This document shows, in pieces, positions 13,926-28,555 of a stretch of 64,000 nucleotides of DNA; positions within the stretch are counted from its first letter, which is position 1; each line of letters begins with the position of its first letter. Source of the stretch: Octopus sinensis (taxonomy: Eukaryota); the NCBI RefSeq assembly GCF_006345805.1, contig NC_043008.1, positions 30,256,001 to 30,320,000 of the forward strand, written 5' to 3'. The translations under genes were made by a program, and so were the position numbers. The notes beneath the pieces were generated by a model that saw only the letters and a list, made by a program, of their open reading frames with translations, searched no databases and had not been told where the DNA came from.

Positions 13926-14230
13926 GAAAGGTAGTTCTTCGTCCATTTGCCGAAAAGAATATCCAACCATTATATCTACATTTAGACATATGAATAAATG
14001 CAACAATACTGGGCTTAGTAAATTAATTTAGTCTCTAAAGGAATGTAACCTTGAATAACACCTGCGTTTGACTCCCTTTCTTAATTTATCTATTATATAC
14101 AAAAACATCTCACTTAACCCTGAAATTTCTACCTTTATAAGTAGGCTGTAATATGCTTGGCACTTGTGTGAATTTTTGCTATCCTGGTATTTTTTTCCGT
14201 GTTATTTGTACACATTGAAAGGTACACATA

Positions 14231-14309
<79 letters not shown>

Positions 14310-14340
14310 ATATCTATCTATCTATATATCTATCTATCTA
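14231..14340. repeat. (TATC)n microsatellite, followed by (TC)n and (TA)n
   Basis: Direct reading. Confidence 0.95.
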
Positions 14341-14398
<58 letters not shown>

Positions 14399-14620
14399 TA
14401 TATATATATATATATATATATATGAATAAATCCATACATATATGTACATACCTACATATATATGTATATACATGCATATATGGGTACAGGACATAAAGAA
14501 AAACGTGGAACACAATGGGAAACAAAAACATAGAAACGAACTTTTTTTAAACAACGAAAAACGAAACAAAACAGGGTACAAGACATACAACACAAGGAAT
14601 ATTCTCCTCGTTACGAAGGT

Positions 14621-14663
<43 letters not shown>

Positions 14664-14863
14664 ATGTGTGTGTATGTGTGTGTGTATGTGTGTGTGTTTA
14701 TGTGTGTGTGTGTGTGTGTGTTTGTGTATTAATAAATCACCTTTGATCTTTTTGTGTAAATATATATTCTGGATTCTCCCCCCCCGTATAGTTAGTAAAT
14801 TTGGAGTGTTTAGATTTGCGATACTATCCTTTTATTTCCCATCGTAGATGGGAATATTTGCTA

Positions 14864-15990
14864 TCTTATTATAATGGGAGTTCCGTCCGTCTGTCTGTCC
14901 GTTTGTTTGTTCCCTCTTCACGTCCGGACGGCTGGACCAATGATCACGATATATTTCGAGATTACAAAGACGGTCATTAAGAAGGTTTTTAAGCATTAAA
15001 AAACCGGAAAGTACGATTATTTCGTGGATATCGATTTTCGAATATATAAACCACCTTCGCATTTCTATTAAACATTCAATGACCACGAGTAACTCTGGAT
15101 GTGCATTGCATAGTTCGTAGCCCCATCGTAGATACGAAGAGGGTCGCGAGGACGGTTAATAGCGAAAAATAATATGGAAAAGTGTGTGTCACTATATAGC
15201 GTGTGTGATTCTTTAGTAGATATTGACGTGTGTCAGTATTAAGCAGGATTCGAAACAGCTAATCGAAGCGGATGGTGTTTACATCTCAGTTTTGTCAATC
15301 AAAATAACCCATGATACCAGAATATCCAGATATTAGTCGCATAGAACAGTGAGAGGTAAGTCTTAGTTTGATTTTTTGCAAACCTAAAAATTTCGCGCGG
15401 GCATTCACAGCTAACAAGGCACAAGGCTAGACTTAAGATTGCATAGGTGTATTTTTGACCATTCTGATGTTTACGTATGTCGCTATGAGAAGAGCAACGG
15501 ACTCCAGTATTTTGAAAATTAGTGTCGCCCAAACAAAAGTATCATCTACAAAGAAGTTTTGTAATCATATTGATATTATCGAAAGGAATATGATTCATAA
15601 TTTAAATCGGGAAATTTGTGAAGCTTGAATGTATAAGAGTATAAATAAGAGTAAAATAGTGTAAAGAGTAAAATAGTGTAAACATCCTTTTCTTAATACT
15701 TTTTATGCAGCGGTCGAAGGGAGTTCTGGTTTTCGTTAGGAGTGGTCCACATAACTATTCACTATTCATGATACAGAGGCTGACAGCCTATTTCAGATCG
15801 GGAGTGAATCGTCATCACATGTCAGTCGCAAACACATATATATCTGCAATAGAATGCTCTATCACCAGTAGTAATGTGATTTCTATAAGACATCACCCAA
15901 TAATCCATTTACACATTCTCCAATAAATAATGCGGTTACGACTTCCTTCCCTCATCTAATGCCTCGTTCGTAGATGGGTAGATTTCCTAT
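14864..15990 (+). mobile_element. Possible non-autonomous Helitron/HINE-like element
   Basis: Starts A|TCTTATTATAATGGGAG, then a GTCC/GTCT/GTTT microsatellite (14883-14910) and GCTGGACCAAT. Ends with a hairpin (CC(T)CATCTA...TAGATGGG) plus ~8 nt plus CTAT at 15987-15990, resembling the Helitron TC start and hairpin+CTRR end. Confidence 0.4.
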
Positions 15991-17200
15991 TACATATTAT
16001 TAGATATCTATCGAGAATTTACGAATTTTGTAATCAAGATAAATTGGCCAATATTTATAGAAGAGAAATGGCATTGCCCCCTCCCCCCACGCACACGCAC
16101 ATACGCTAACGCAAACTCCCCCACACGCGCACGCATACGCAAGCAGACAACAATGCGTATCAATAAATGCACATATATTGTATATGAATACATACATACA
16201 CACATAATCATAAATATATGCATGTGTATTTGTGTTTGTAGATTTATAATCTCACATATAATTACGTAAATCCGTATATGTTCATATGTGTGCACGCTTC
16301 CTTACCGCACGCGCGTTTTACAGTTATGTGTCTCTCTTTCACTGGTCGTGTAAATGTGAGCATTTCTCTTCGTCTCTGCGTATTCATGTGTAAACATATT
16401 GCATAGATAATTCAGTGATAAAACCTTAACAGGCATATGTATTTATCCGCATGAATGGTTGTATACAAGCACTTATATACATCTAGAGAAATATAAATAT
16501 ATATACACACACACACATATATATATATATGTAGGTATATATACATGTAGATGTATAATTATATGTGTGTACGTACATATATACTCTTGTCTGTATAGTA
16601 AGTACCTCCGAGAGATCAAATATATTTTACATGGGTGTTAGCTGTAATTACAAGAACTTTCTCGTGTATTATTTAATTACCTTTTGTCTTGTTGCTCTTG
16701 TAATTTTCTTTACTTATCTTATTAGAACTTCTTTTCTTTGTTTCCTTTATCTGATAGTGTACTGGGTTCTTTTTCATATTTTCTTTTCTTTCTTTTTTCT
16801 AAATACTATACGACATACATCACTTCTATAAATCTATAATCAACGCTTTTCTGAGCGCAACATTTCAATTAAAATGGCACCAAGTATTATCAAACCACTG
16901 GTTTTATATGTTACTTTTTTTATATTGCTTCAAGCTACACCGTATTATTACACTTTGAACAAAACAGACTATTCTTTGCCAACTCTTGCATTGAATGCAT
17001 CAATGTTTTGATATCAAATGCAAACTAACCTATAGAAATTTACTTATTCTTTATATATACATTTAAATAAATAAATATATATATATATTCATATATATGT
17101 ATATATATATGAGTATATACATATGTATATATACGTATGTATGTATGTATATATACATATATATATATGCATATATATACATACATATATATATATATAT

Positions 17201-17260
<60 letters not shown>

Positions 17261-17485
17261 ATATATATAAAGTGAGCGTCTAATGTATGAATGAGAATTA
17301 TTTATTTAAATTTAATTATTTATTTAAAAGATAACCCGTCTGCACGAAGGTATGTGGTGTGCCTTTGTGCGTGTGTGCCTTGTGCGCGGGTGCTTCTTAT
17401 TATTTAATCTATATATGTATATGTATATATATATTTATGTATATATATATATATTATATATATAAATATAAATATATATATATAG

Positions 17486-17520
<35 letters not shown>

Positions 17521-17563
17521 ATATATATATATGCATATGTATATATATATATATATTATATAT

Positions 17564-17618
<55 letters not shown>

Positions 17619-17699
17619 CTGAAGGTGACCCGCTCTACGCGCGGGTAAGAGTGTAGTTGTTACTTTCTGTTGCTTACTTTCAGCCCGTAAAAAAAAACC

Positions 17700-17990
17700 T
17701 GGCCGATTGCAGCGCCGCCTTGAGTGGCTTCTGTGCCGGTGGCACGTAAAAAGCACCAACCGATCGTTGCCGCTGACAGCCCCCCCCCCCCTGGCACTGT
17801 GCCGGCGGCACGAAAAAAGCACCCACTACACTCACAGAGTGGTTAGCGTTAGGAATGTCATCCTCCCGTAGAAACACTGCCAGATTAGACTGGAGCCTGG
17901 TGCAGTCTCCTGGCTTCCCAGACCCCGGTCAAACTGTCCATCCCGTGCTAGCACGGAAAACGGACGTTGAACGATGATGATGATGATGAT
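17700..17990 (+). mobile_element. Octopus-type retroposon (SINE or RTE-like 3' end) with (GAT)n tail
   Basis: Internal direct repeat TGTGCCGGYGGCACGWAAAAAGCACC twice, then ...GGAAAACGGACGTTGAAC and a (GAT)6 tail; a GC-rich island in AT-rich DNA. Confidence 0.7.
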
Positions 17991-18269
17991 TCTCACTCTT
18001 TGTTTCTCTCTCCTTTCTCTTTCACTTTCCCACTCTCTTTTCTTTCTCTCGGACACTCCCTCGCTTTCTCTTACACTCTATTTTTATCTATCTCTCTCCC
18101 ATTTATAAACAACAAAAGATCTTGAGTAAGTTGAGAAATCAAATATTTAGAAAGATCAATCATAAATATCAGGCAGTGGCAACGGAATGGTCTGCTTCAA
18201 GGCAGACAGCAAAACGCTAACATTTAAAGGGGACAGACGAACTTGCGAGCTGAATAAAAATAATAAAAT

Positions 18270-18555
18270 ATTGAAAACCAAAGTTTGAAGGGATAGAATC
18301 TGAGGATAGTAGAGTTACCATGGCTGGCATTTCTTAACGAAGGACAGCAACGTATTGACAGTTTAACGGCTGACGTAAAATTTTGAAATTGATGTAAAAG
18401 AAAATTCGTAAACACCAAGTTTTGAAGTGATTATTTCTCACGACAGTAGACTCACCATAGCAAGCATTCAAAACTTCTTCATCATGGACAGCAACACATT
18501 GACGATTAAAAGGCTGGCGCAAATGTTTTAGCTTGATGTAACAGATTATTCCTAA
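18270..18555. repeat. Diverged 144-bp tandem pair
   Basis: GACAGCAAC..ATTGAC..TTAA..GGCTG..TTGATGTAA..TAAACAC at 18343 and 18487 (offset 144). Confidence 0.7.
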
Positions 18556-18796
18556 ACACTCGCTCATTTAAATTGTAATCCCCTTCCGGCCCCATTTAGA
18601 CCCCTTTTCACATTTTGGTTAATATAACCCGATTTCATTCGGGTGTACTGGGGCCACATTTTATAAGATGAGGAATTTTGTCCTAGAGGTCACGCCTTTC
18701 ATTTGAGGAAAAAGAGTTGTCATGCAAACTTACCAGCACTTTTAACATAGGTGTGCAAATTTTTAGCTGAACCGACCGACCACATAATGCACACAT

Positions 18797-18800
<4 letters not shown>
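18553..18800. repeat. ~250-bp direct repeat, copy 1 (copy 2 at 19281-19529)
   Basis: CCCATTTAGACCCC..GGTTAATATAACCCGATTTCATTCGGGTGTACTGGGCCACATTT..GCTGAACCGACC.ACCACATAATGCACACATTA is present in both. Confidence 0.9.
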
Positions 18801-18831
<31 letters not shown>

Positions 18832-18922
18832 ATGCACACATTATATATATTATATATGTGTGTGTGTGTGGTGTATATATATATGTGTGTGTGGTGTGTG
18901 TGTGTACACGCATTATATATAC

Positions 18923-18959
<37 letters not shown>

Positions 18960-19280
18960 AATTAAATTAGAGATAAAATCACTAATAGGCAAATCAAACA
19001 GTGAAAAACCAAAAAAAAAACATAAAAATAAAAATATAATATAGAAAATATATAAATTATAAAATTGAAAAATGTAAATTATTTAAATTTAAAAAAAAAT
19101 TAAATCCTATTTATAATTTGTTTAAAAATATATATAACTATCAAAAAGTATTAAAAAGTTTAATAGACATAAATACAGATATATACACTTTGTATATATA
19201 CATTATATATACGTATTTATATATAGAACACACACGCATACACATATATAAATGAACGCATTGATGTAACAGAGAATTCA

Positions 19281-19524
19281 TAAACACCCTCTCCTTTAAA
19301 TTTTAATCCCTTTCCAGCCCCATTTAGACCCCTTTTCACATTTTGGTTAATATAACCCGATTTCATTCGGGTGTACTGGGGCCACATTTCATAAGATGAG
19401 GAATTTTGTCCTAGAAGTAACGCGTTTCATTTGAGGAAAAAAATAGTTGCCATGCAAACTTGCCAGCACTTTTAACATAGGTGTGCATATTTTCAGCTGA
19501 ACCGACCTACCACATAATGCACAC

Positions 19525-19529
<5 letters not shown>
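19281..19529. repeat. ~250-bp direct repeat, copy 2
   Basis: High identity to 18553-18800. Confidence 0.9.
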
Positions 19530-19587
<58 letters not shown>

Positions 19588-20005
19588 ATATGTGTGTGTG
19601 TGTGTGTTGGAGTCTCTCTCATACGTGAGCGTTGACGCTGAATTCGACTGGTAAGCAGGTAACCTTGTCTTTGTTGAAATAGTTGTGAGCTGCTGTAGTT
19701 ATTTCTCTGACGGGTAATAGGAATTTCCATATCCTCCGAGGAAACGAACTGTTGACCCAGACTGTCATGCTGTTATCTGTCAGAAGTGAAAGTACGTCGA
19801 TTTCGTGTATTTACGTCAGGTTTATACCTTCGTTAATTTACGCCGTTTATTTACGTAACACCACGCTGTAGGTTTATAAAACAATTGAACGTGCTTCTAA
19901 TGATATGTACTTCTCGGATTACAAAGGCTGCTTGCTGACGAGTCTAGCCTTGGCAGATAAATTATATTCATTTGCTAAAAATGCTTATTTGTATGTATAT
20001 GTATG

Positions 20006-20093
<88 letters not shown>

Positions 20094-20189
20094 GTTATAG
20101 CATGAATATAGCTAGTAACATACTAGGAAATTCTTAAATCTAATAGACATCCACTTCAAACACTGACACAAATAACACAAAATCTTCAA

Positions 20190-20612
20190 CTTAAAAACTG
20201 TTAACGTCAGCTATATTCGTCTTCCCAATGTAGGTCAGAAATATTTAATCTCAAAAATTGTAAACACACCAGAAATGTCACACAAAGCCAGTGCAACTTC
20301 AGATCACCAAACCTCTTCCCTCTAAACACCAACTTTCTCAAGAAACATCACAGACACCAAATGAATACCAAACATGTATATCGAAATAACAGGAGACTCC
20401 TTCAAGGAAAGGAATCCGAAAAATCTTGCCTCACTTGCAAACAGAAAGAAAAATGTATGCCAACATCCCTAACAAATATAGTATGGATATTGAAAGACGG
20501 TAGAATAAGCAACTCCAAAATAAAATGAAATATTATTGTTAAAGCCAAAAAATACAGTGGACGGTTACCGAATGTAACCTCTGTATTACTGAAAAATTAA
20601 TTATTATACAAT
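20190..20612 (+). pseudogene. Decayed Penelope-like element 3' coding end (RT thumb plus GIY-YIG endonuclease)
   Basis: Fragments in changing frames: KTVNVSYIRLPNV (20194), YIEITGDSFKER (20377; the YIG.T...FK.R motif), TSLTNIVWILKD (20463), IK*NIIVKAKKYS and CNLCITEKLIII (20573). Order and spacing match the PLE GIY-YIG domain ending in C.LC..EK. Confidence 0.75.
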
Positions 20613-23600
20613 CAACAGACATCTTAAAATTTAGGGATGAAACCTACTCTCCCTCATATATACACAATATTTTATACACATATATGTTAAAGAGGACTCC
20701 CTATAAACGAGGATAGCTATGAATGAAAGCAACCCTACCAGGGTAGCTCCTTCATAAATGTGAATACACATAGCACACAAACTTCACACAATAAAGAGGT
20801 AATAAATCACATAATTCACACAAAGAAGAAATATGTCCCAATGATGTACAACCTCAACATACATGCCCAGATTAAAACAAACACATATTGCCAAAAGAAA
20901 TTAAGAAAGTTAACGAAACGACAAACTCCATCATTTCCGTCTAGAATAACGTCCCTTGATTCATTGTTTCATGGGTTCATTTACGCGAATTTCTGAGAAA
21001 TCCGATGGACGAGACGAGACTATGTTTCACAATGGAGGCGAACAACTTTCTCTAGATGATCGGCTTGAAAAAATTATTAAGATACTAGGAGTTTCCAACT
21101 CTTTTTAACATGAGACCAATGGTGTCTATATATATATATATATATATAATATATATATATATACATGACTTACAATCACATACAAATAAATATATATTTA
21201 TATATACATAACTTACATACACACACATATAAATATAGATATTCATATATATATACATGTATATGTGTGTGTGTGTGTGCATTCGTGCGCGTGTGTGTGT
21301 ATGTATGCGGTCAGGGAGTCGGACGGACATTTATATTGGAAAGTAAATTCTTTCTAAAAGCTATATTGTGCATCATGTTATATAGAATATTTTATAGCTA
21401 CTACATCATTTAAAAACTCGCAGGTAGTTAAATATTGTGAACAGATTATACAAGTAGAACTTCCATATACGCTTACATATAGCTATCTTTTTAAATATTC
21501 TATATTTATGTCCGTACGTATTTGAACGGGGAAACATATTATATTTCTACTTATACATCATTCTCGTACTATATTCGAATTTATGTTCTATAGAAGAGTA
21601 TAGCGAAAAAGGAGAAAGTTACGTGTAATAAGAAGAGAAAATATGACTTTCAAATTTTTCTTCGCCGTGATCTAAGCCGTAGGTCAAATGTGAAATGTGA
21701 AGCGATATTTTCTTCCGGCTCTGCTTTCCAGTTTTACTTTACCAAATTATATGAATATTCTTTCTTTACCAAATTTTATGAAATATCGTGACAGCGTTGC
21801 CCGCAAGCATTGTAAATGCTAAATCTTTCTTATATCAGCTTAACTCCACTCGTGCAAACGCGTCATTAAAACTCTAATGGAGTTTTTAGTTTGGTATGTA
21901 TATGCAATTGTTTTCATTTCGTACATCATTATAGCTATTAATAAAGTAGAGTTTCTGCGATGCTAATGAAAAGCATTTATTTCATCTTATACCACATAAA
22001 TCAGTAGAGATACGTTATTGGGAATTGATCTGGATCTTCGTGCAATCTTATTGTATTTCGAATAGAATATTAATGTTCATCCAGTGTACTTGATTCTGAC
22101 TGACAAATGTGATAGGTGTAATTTTAAAAATAAGTTTTAATTCCTCTTACTTTTGTAAATAAAGCATTAATTATCGAGGAATGTCAAAGCTTACATTATA
22201 GTTACACATAATTACATGTGATTTAATCTATAGTTAACTATATATATATATATTTCAATATGAATGAAAATGTATGTATGTATATATATATATGCTAGTA
22301 TTAGTATAATATACACATATATGTATATATATATATATATATGTTAGTGCAATATATATATATATATATATTTGTGCATATATGTATATATAAATGCTAG
22401 AATACACACACATATATACATATGTGTGTGTTTGCGCGTGTATGTGTGTGTGCGTGTGACTGTGTTTTACTGATTGCTCTATTTTAACAGATGATAGTCA
22501 TCTATTTGCGCTCTGTATTTGCCAATGGCATTTTATCCATGAACATTCAGATGACTAATCCTGCTATAGATGTCATGGCGAATTGTCTCAGACGCCACAC
22601 TTTGACACTATTTTTGCCATAACATTTTCAATTGAGGGAATCACAAATGAATTCGCCATAAAGAGCCACCCTTACGTCATTGTGTTTTAACAGCTTTCGC
22701 TTGTGTAGCACGAGTACCGCCCTTTGTGTCCTTATGATTAGTACTTAGTACCAGGCCAAAGAAAGATCTTCAATTATGACGGGAAACCGAACGTTTTACA
22801 TTAGTCTTTTATTCTCCTTGAAGGATGTTCAAACAGTAGATAGAGATACAGGGATTCCTGTGGGTTTTCTCTGCACGCACGTTGGATAGACGTTATCTCA
22901 GTAGACCTCTTCATCTATCGATCGATTTTGCTTTGTGTTCTGCATCTTCTGAGTCGAAAACCACTCTCCGTAGCAAACGGACTTGAGATGGTTACCGGTT
23001 TAACTTTTGACGTTGCACTGGGTTAAATCACACCGCCAATAGCGTTAAGACTGACCAGATGCTATACACACCTATATACGAGAATGAAAATTTAACGTAG
23101 TATAATTTTCGAGCCTATCTCACCTAATTTTTGTGGTAACGTCTCTAGCATATTACCATTTCTATTAGTATATCTGTGTGTGTATTTAAGCACGTATGCG
23201 TGTGCAATGTTTCTCCAACGATAGTGGATCATAAAATATTTCCCAATGAAAAACGGAAATGATAATTTAACAGTTGAAATATTAACGATAGTTACGCGCG
23301 CATTCGTATAAATGTTTGTGTCTGTGTGTTTGTGTGTATATATGTATGTTTGTATTATCTAAGTCAATGTGTGTATCTTTGCTCTATATTATCGAGGATA
23401 TGACAGCCAGCACTTTTATATCAATTCTACATGAATGTTATATATCTATGCCGTTTATCCTCAACGAAGTTTCCTTGAAATCATAACCCTGAAAGAAATA
23501 CACTCACTAGGGTGAGTAAATTACACGGCATTGGATATATCCCATACAAACATACGATCGACTGTATTGCTCTTTATTACTAACTTATAACTGAAGTTAC

Positions 23601-24372
23601 CTAACGTATTTTAGAGATGGGTTTTTTTAACATGGCGTTACAATAATTGTATTAATGAGACACTAGTTATGGACAATTAGCTTTGACATAGAATATTCCA
23701 ATTATCTCTACTGTTGTTTTACATACATCTTTCACCAATAGAATATACTTTCATTGTACCGCGTAACTTTAGTACTCCTGCAATTTTTAAAGATATTTCT
23801 GTTATTAGAATAGGAATCTTCAGCAAGGAGAGTTACTGCTTTATTAACAAAGTAAACAAAAACAACGGGAAAGGTGTGTTGCTGCAATAACATTAAATAC
23901 TATTATAGAATTCAGAAAGTTCTTACGAGTTTCCTTTTTCGACATATTTTATTGAAAAGCAATATATAAAAGTTTTGCCAAACGAAGAGAAAGTAGTTAG
24001 TGGACTAAGACGCTTGTCTGTGTTTTATTCATTTTATTTTGAGATTATACCTATCTTTAAACCATCTTCTATTTACTCCTCGAAAAAATATTTATTGATT
24101 TTTATACTGTTTTACATTGTAAAACGTACTGGAAGACAAATTTAAAAATACTTGACACTTTTTCAGAAGAATTCCGAGTAATCAAAAATAGCCTAGAGGG
24201 CAATATTAATAGTGCATTACTCGGATTATATAAATTAAGAGGAAACATAAATCTTAATTTTGACAATTTCTTTGCATTCATATCGAATTTCTATAAACAC
24301 ACACACACACAAATATATACATTATATACATATGTGTAAATAAATATGTATACGTATATATATATATGCATT

Positions 24373-24416
<44 letters not shown>

Positions 24417-26749
24417 ATATATATATACATATATACAAATATATATATATACATATATATATATATATGTATTTATGTATGTATGACATATTTATATTTG
24501 TAAAAGTATTTTTATATATCAGAAAACGTATTATATATATATATATTACCTACATAGACTTATATATGTTAGGGATATTGCTACATATATGTCTTTATAT
24601 ATGTGTTTGTGTGTGTGTGTGTGTTTACACATACACACACACACAGAGTATAAACACGCATACGTATGTGCGTTTGTAACTGTGACTCTGCACGAATTTA
24701 TTCATTCGAATTGGAATAATCTATTTCTTATTTTATTTGTATGTCTTTCTATTATTTCACAGAAATTACCCAATTAAATATTTTGATGGAAGGTGCCTTT
24801 AAATTCATCTAGCTATCACGTGATTCCATTGTTGACTATATATTTTGTCTGGGTCAGAGAAACCTCGATATTTTGTTTTGTTTTCCTTCTTTATTTATAA
24901 TCGACAGACAGAATGAAATTCTTTCACTTGAAAAATAAACCTCTGATCAATAATTGAAAGTTGTTTTGATTGTCAAACAAAAACATTCTCTCTGACTTGA
25001 GTTGAGAGTCAGATTTTGAAATTATGTAAAATCTTTGCAATATCGAGGAGATCTTTATAGAAAGTCGATATCTAGAAAAGACAACTACATTTCAGAAAAT
25101 CCAATTATGGGAGATATTTCTTTGAGTCATAATTCCAGTTTCAAGAACCTTGTTATTTTACAAGAAATAAGCAACAATTATGTGTTGTAACAAACTAACC
25201 TTTTCATTGGTACAGAAAATGCTTCGTGTTCACTTTTGAAAATATTTTAAGCACCACCTGATCCAGATTGGTGACTGTCTCGAATTTAATTTCAAGAAAT
25301 TTTTCTCTACTTATACTATAAAAACCCTATCATAACATTTTTATTCTTTCAATATCTCTAGTCCATAAATTTATCGTTGGTATCCTTTGAGTTAAAGTGG
25401 AAATACCAATGGAATTTTTTATCAAAATAGCCAACTCAGTAAATACCATTAAAGACCATATAATTATAACAGCCACAATATTTCACTGATAAGGATGTAA
25501 GCGTCATAATGATTAAAATCAAACGTCTTCTAATCCCTTTAAAAATAGAGGAATATTCTGAAATCAACATAATGCCTCTTTCGGTAAAACATACCTTTGT
25601 GTTATGTTAAACAACCCACTTAATTGAGATCCTAAGAATTTATAGAAATGTAAAGTAATTGAGCCTGGGCAATTTCCGGATGTTTCTTCAATGCAATCTC
25701 GCAGATACCTACATATACACGCACACAAATTCAGACTGGAATATGCAGAAATTCTTTCATCCATATATGCATATATATGTATGTATGTATACATACATAT
25801 ATATATTTATACATATATACATATATATATGTTTGTATGTATGTGTGTGTGTGCATATATACACACATACACATACACGCACACACACACAAATATATAT
25901 ATATATATATATATATACATAGACACACATGTATACACACATATACTGAAATTGAAAGATATTTGAGAGAAAGAGAGAGAGAGAGAGAGATGTTAATGTT
26001 AAAAGCAAGAACTATGCCGTTTCCTTCCTTCGAAAAACAAAGTCTTATAACAACTAAAACATTCAGACATTATCTATAGTGTTAATTAAAGAAAATACTT
26101 TTGGCGGTTCCATTTTATGATAAACACTAATTTAAAAACAATGATTAATCATTAGAGCTTGATCAGCTTGATTCATTAAAGCGATTAATTAGAACTTGTT
26201 AACTCATCAATTCATAGAAAACGTAAAAATCAAAACTTTTATCATGTGACAGTTAAATGTCTAATATGTTTGTTTTCTCTTCAGGTAAATTGGTAAACTT
26301 TGCCAAAATGAATTATAACATATATTACTGTTACATTTCATCCGAACTCCAAATTAATTCAAGTTGATTGCCAATTCTTGTTAACATATAACAATTACAT
26401 TGATAAAAAAAGTTTGGGGTTCTTTTGTTTCCGAAATGAAGTAGGTCATGTTTTTATGTATTATATTCAATTCGTTATAACTATGGAAGCTACTTCATCA
26501 TTATACACTTAATCATCAATATTCACTAATATCAATATATGAATTACTGGTGTTATCTGAGTTTTAAAATCACAGGGCGTGAGATGAGGCAACTTTTGGG
26601 TTAACTGATATAAAAATGACCGGGTATTTTAGGATATTTAAGTATTAGGAACATCAAGAATTAGCCACTAATTCAATAACGTTACACATATTTAGTACGG
26701 TGAATTACTAGAATTTTGAAAACTGCCAATACATTATCTTGCAATATTA

Positions 26750-26845
26750 GTTCTGCGTCTCTGAATTGACTACTCGCCAGAGTTAACATTGTCCTTCATC
26801 CTCCATGGTCGTAAGAAAATAGCAGTCAAGTACGGTGATCAATCG
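26750..26845 (+). mobile_element. Old SINE fragment, same family as 42817-42967
   Basis: CGCCAGAGTTAACATTGTCCTTCATCCTCCATGGTCG...AAATAGCAGTCAAGTAC..TGATCAATCG aligns loosely to the reverse complement of 59100-59190. Confidence 0.4.
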
Positions 26846-27489
26846 TTTTCTCTCGCATTCTTTCTGGATTGCAGCTGTAATCCAGATGTTTAGCTCTGTT
26901 ATAGTGTATCACGCTAAGCGAAATGTTTGCGTTAAGAGCATACGTGTCTCTAGTATAATGAGCCCGTATATATTATTTTCATGAGAGGAACTTCATTTGG
27001 ATCTTCAACATCGAAGCCAATGAACAATACACTAATATATACATATAATCTCACTTTAGCGTTCTACGTACCATCCTAACTGCATCGACTTGTTGACCCT
27101 GATGCTCTCGTTGAAGCATCTCAAACATATTTCTTTATTATTGATACTTTTTATTCTTAATATATTTAAAGAAATAGTAACAATCAAATGTTGGAATTAT
27201 TTTAAATATCAGTCGTGATATCAAATATATTTCAAAATATCAAATGAATAAAAACCAATTTATAAATTTCTGTATTGGAGTACAGGTTATATACATAATC
27301 ACAGAAAGCGTTACGTATTTCCAAACCATGCATACTGTTGATATATTGTAGAATGAAAGTCTAAATCTGACTCTAACATACATTTTTAAACTCATGATCT
27401 TTTAATAATTATACTCTAGAGGGTAATCATAAATATTGATTTCTAAATTTATTACAAGCCACATATTAGTAGAAAATGAATATATTCGA

Positions 27490-27620
27490 TTTAATCGACT
27501 CAAGTATATTACTGTTACTTATGCTGTTTATTCCATAAAAACAAAGACCGATGGGATTTGAATACAAACGTATTATAATACCGCAAGGCATTCAGTTCAG
27601 TTCCCTACCGTTACTGCCAT
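27490..27620 (-). mobile_element. Old SINE fragment, same family as 42817-42967
   Basis: TTAATCGACTCAAGTATATTACTGTTACTTAT...GGGATTTGAATACAAACGTA..AATACCGCAAGGCATT matches the 42830-42930 and 59105-59235 layout. Confidence 0.45.
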
Positions 27621-28555
27621 TTCATTACTTTCGTGTACAATATAAATATTAGAAGTAATCTGAACAGCTTGTTATTCATTATTTCTTTCAATATTCGTTT
27701 TCTGTTATCTATTAGCAGCTGGAGGCATTAACAGCCTCAGGCTGAATCTTTAGCGCTCGAGAATCGACAATTTTACTGCCATGAAATGAAGCTTTAAAAT
27801 ATAATGGTAAATTGTACACCGAATATTAAACAGTTACTAATAGCTCAACTAATAGTATTTCCATTAGTAGATGCATTTTTTATTACTATTTTCGATTTAT
27901 ATTCACTTTTTCCAGGAAAGTTAGCATTTGAAGAGGCACATTATTGCTGCTGGCCTTTACAAAAGTTAATGTATATTAAATTTGTGTGAAGGAATTGTGA
28001 CTGGCCGAATGTATAATAGTTCGGGTTTACAGTCGTAAATAGCGCGCTTAAGTTAATACATTGCTTATGTTGGTAGTGTCACTGTTAGGTGTTCAAAGAC
28101 GGTATTGCTACGGCGCCATGCATTTTATCCATTACAGATATCTACGAGATAACACTCCTTAACATATACCGTAGATTTTCCATATACTCTATAACTAAAA
28201 GGGTTCTGGAAAGTTTGTTTGCTGGATTAATTTATTACCACTGATTTCTAGGAGGTACATACAGCTTAGAAAATCAGAAAATCTTTCATATGTTCGATAA
28301 CAGAATATTCCCAACACTCGACTCTATACGAAATTTGATCATTGCTCATCCCCAAATGATTCCCTTTGAAGCTGACTCCGACTTTTGAAAAATTTATAGT
28401 TTGTACTTTGTATCGTATTAGTGAATACAGTTAATGAGGTCCATAAAGTAAATAAAACTCCTAGCTCACATGCACACATACATACACACATACATACACA
28501 CATACATACATGCATACACACATACATACATACACACATACATACATAAATAAAT

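Noticed and set aside
17617-17655. TAGCTGAAGGTGACCCGCTCTACGCGCGGGTAA, Helitron-terminus-like hairpin
   Set aside because: An isolated short motif with no second terminus found.
22490-22620. Possible exon after TTTTAACAG
   Set aside because: No frame gives a recognisable protein and no matching donor was established.
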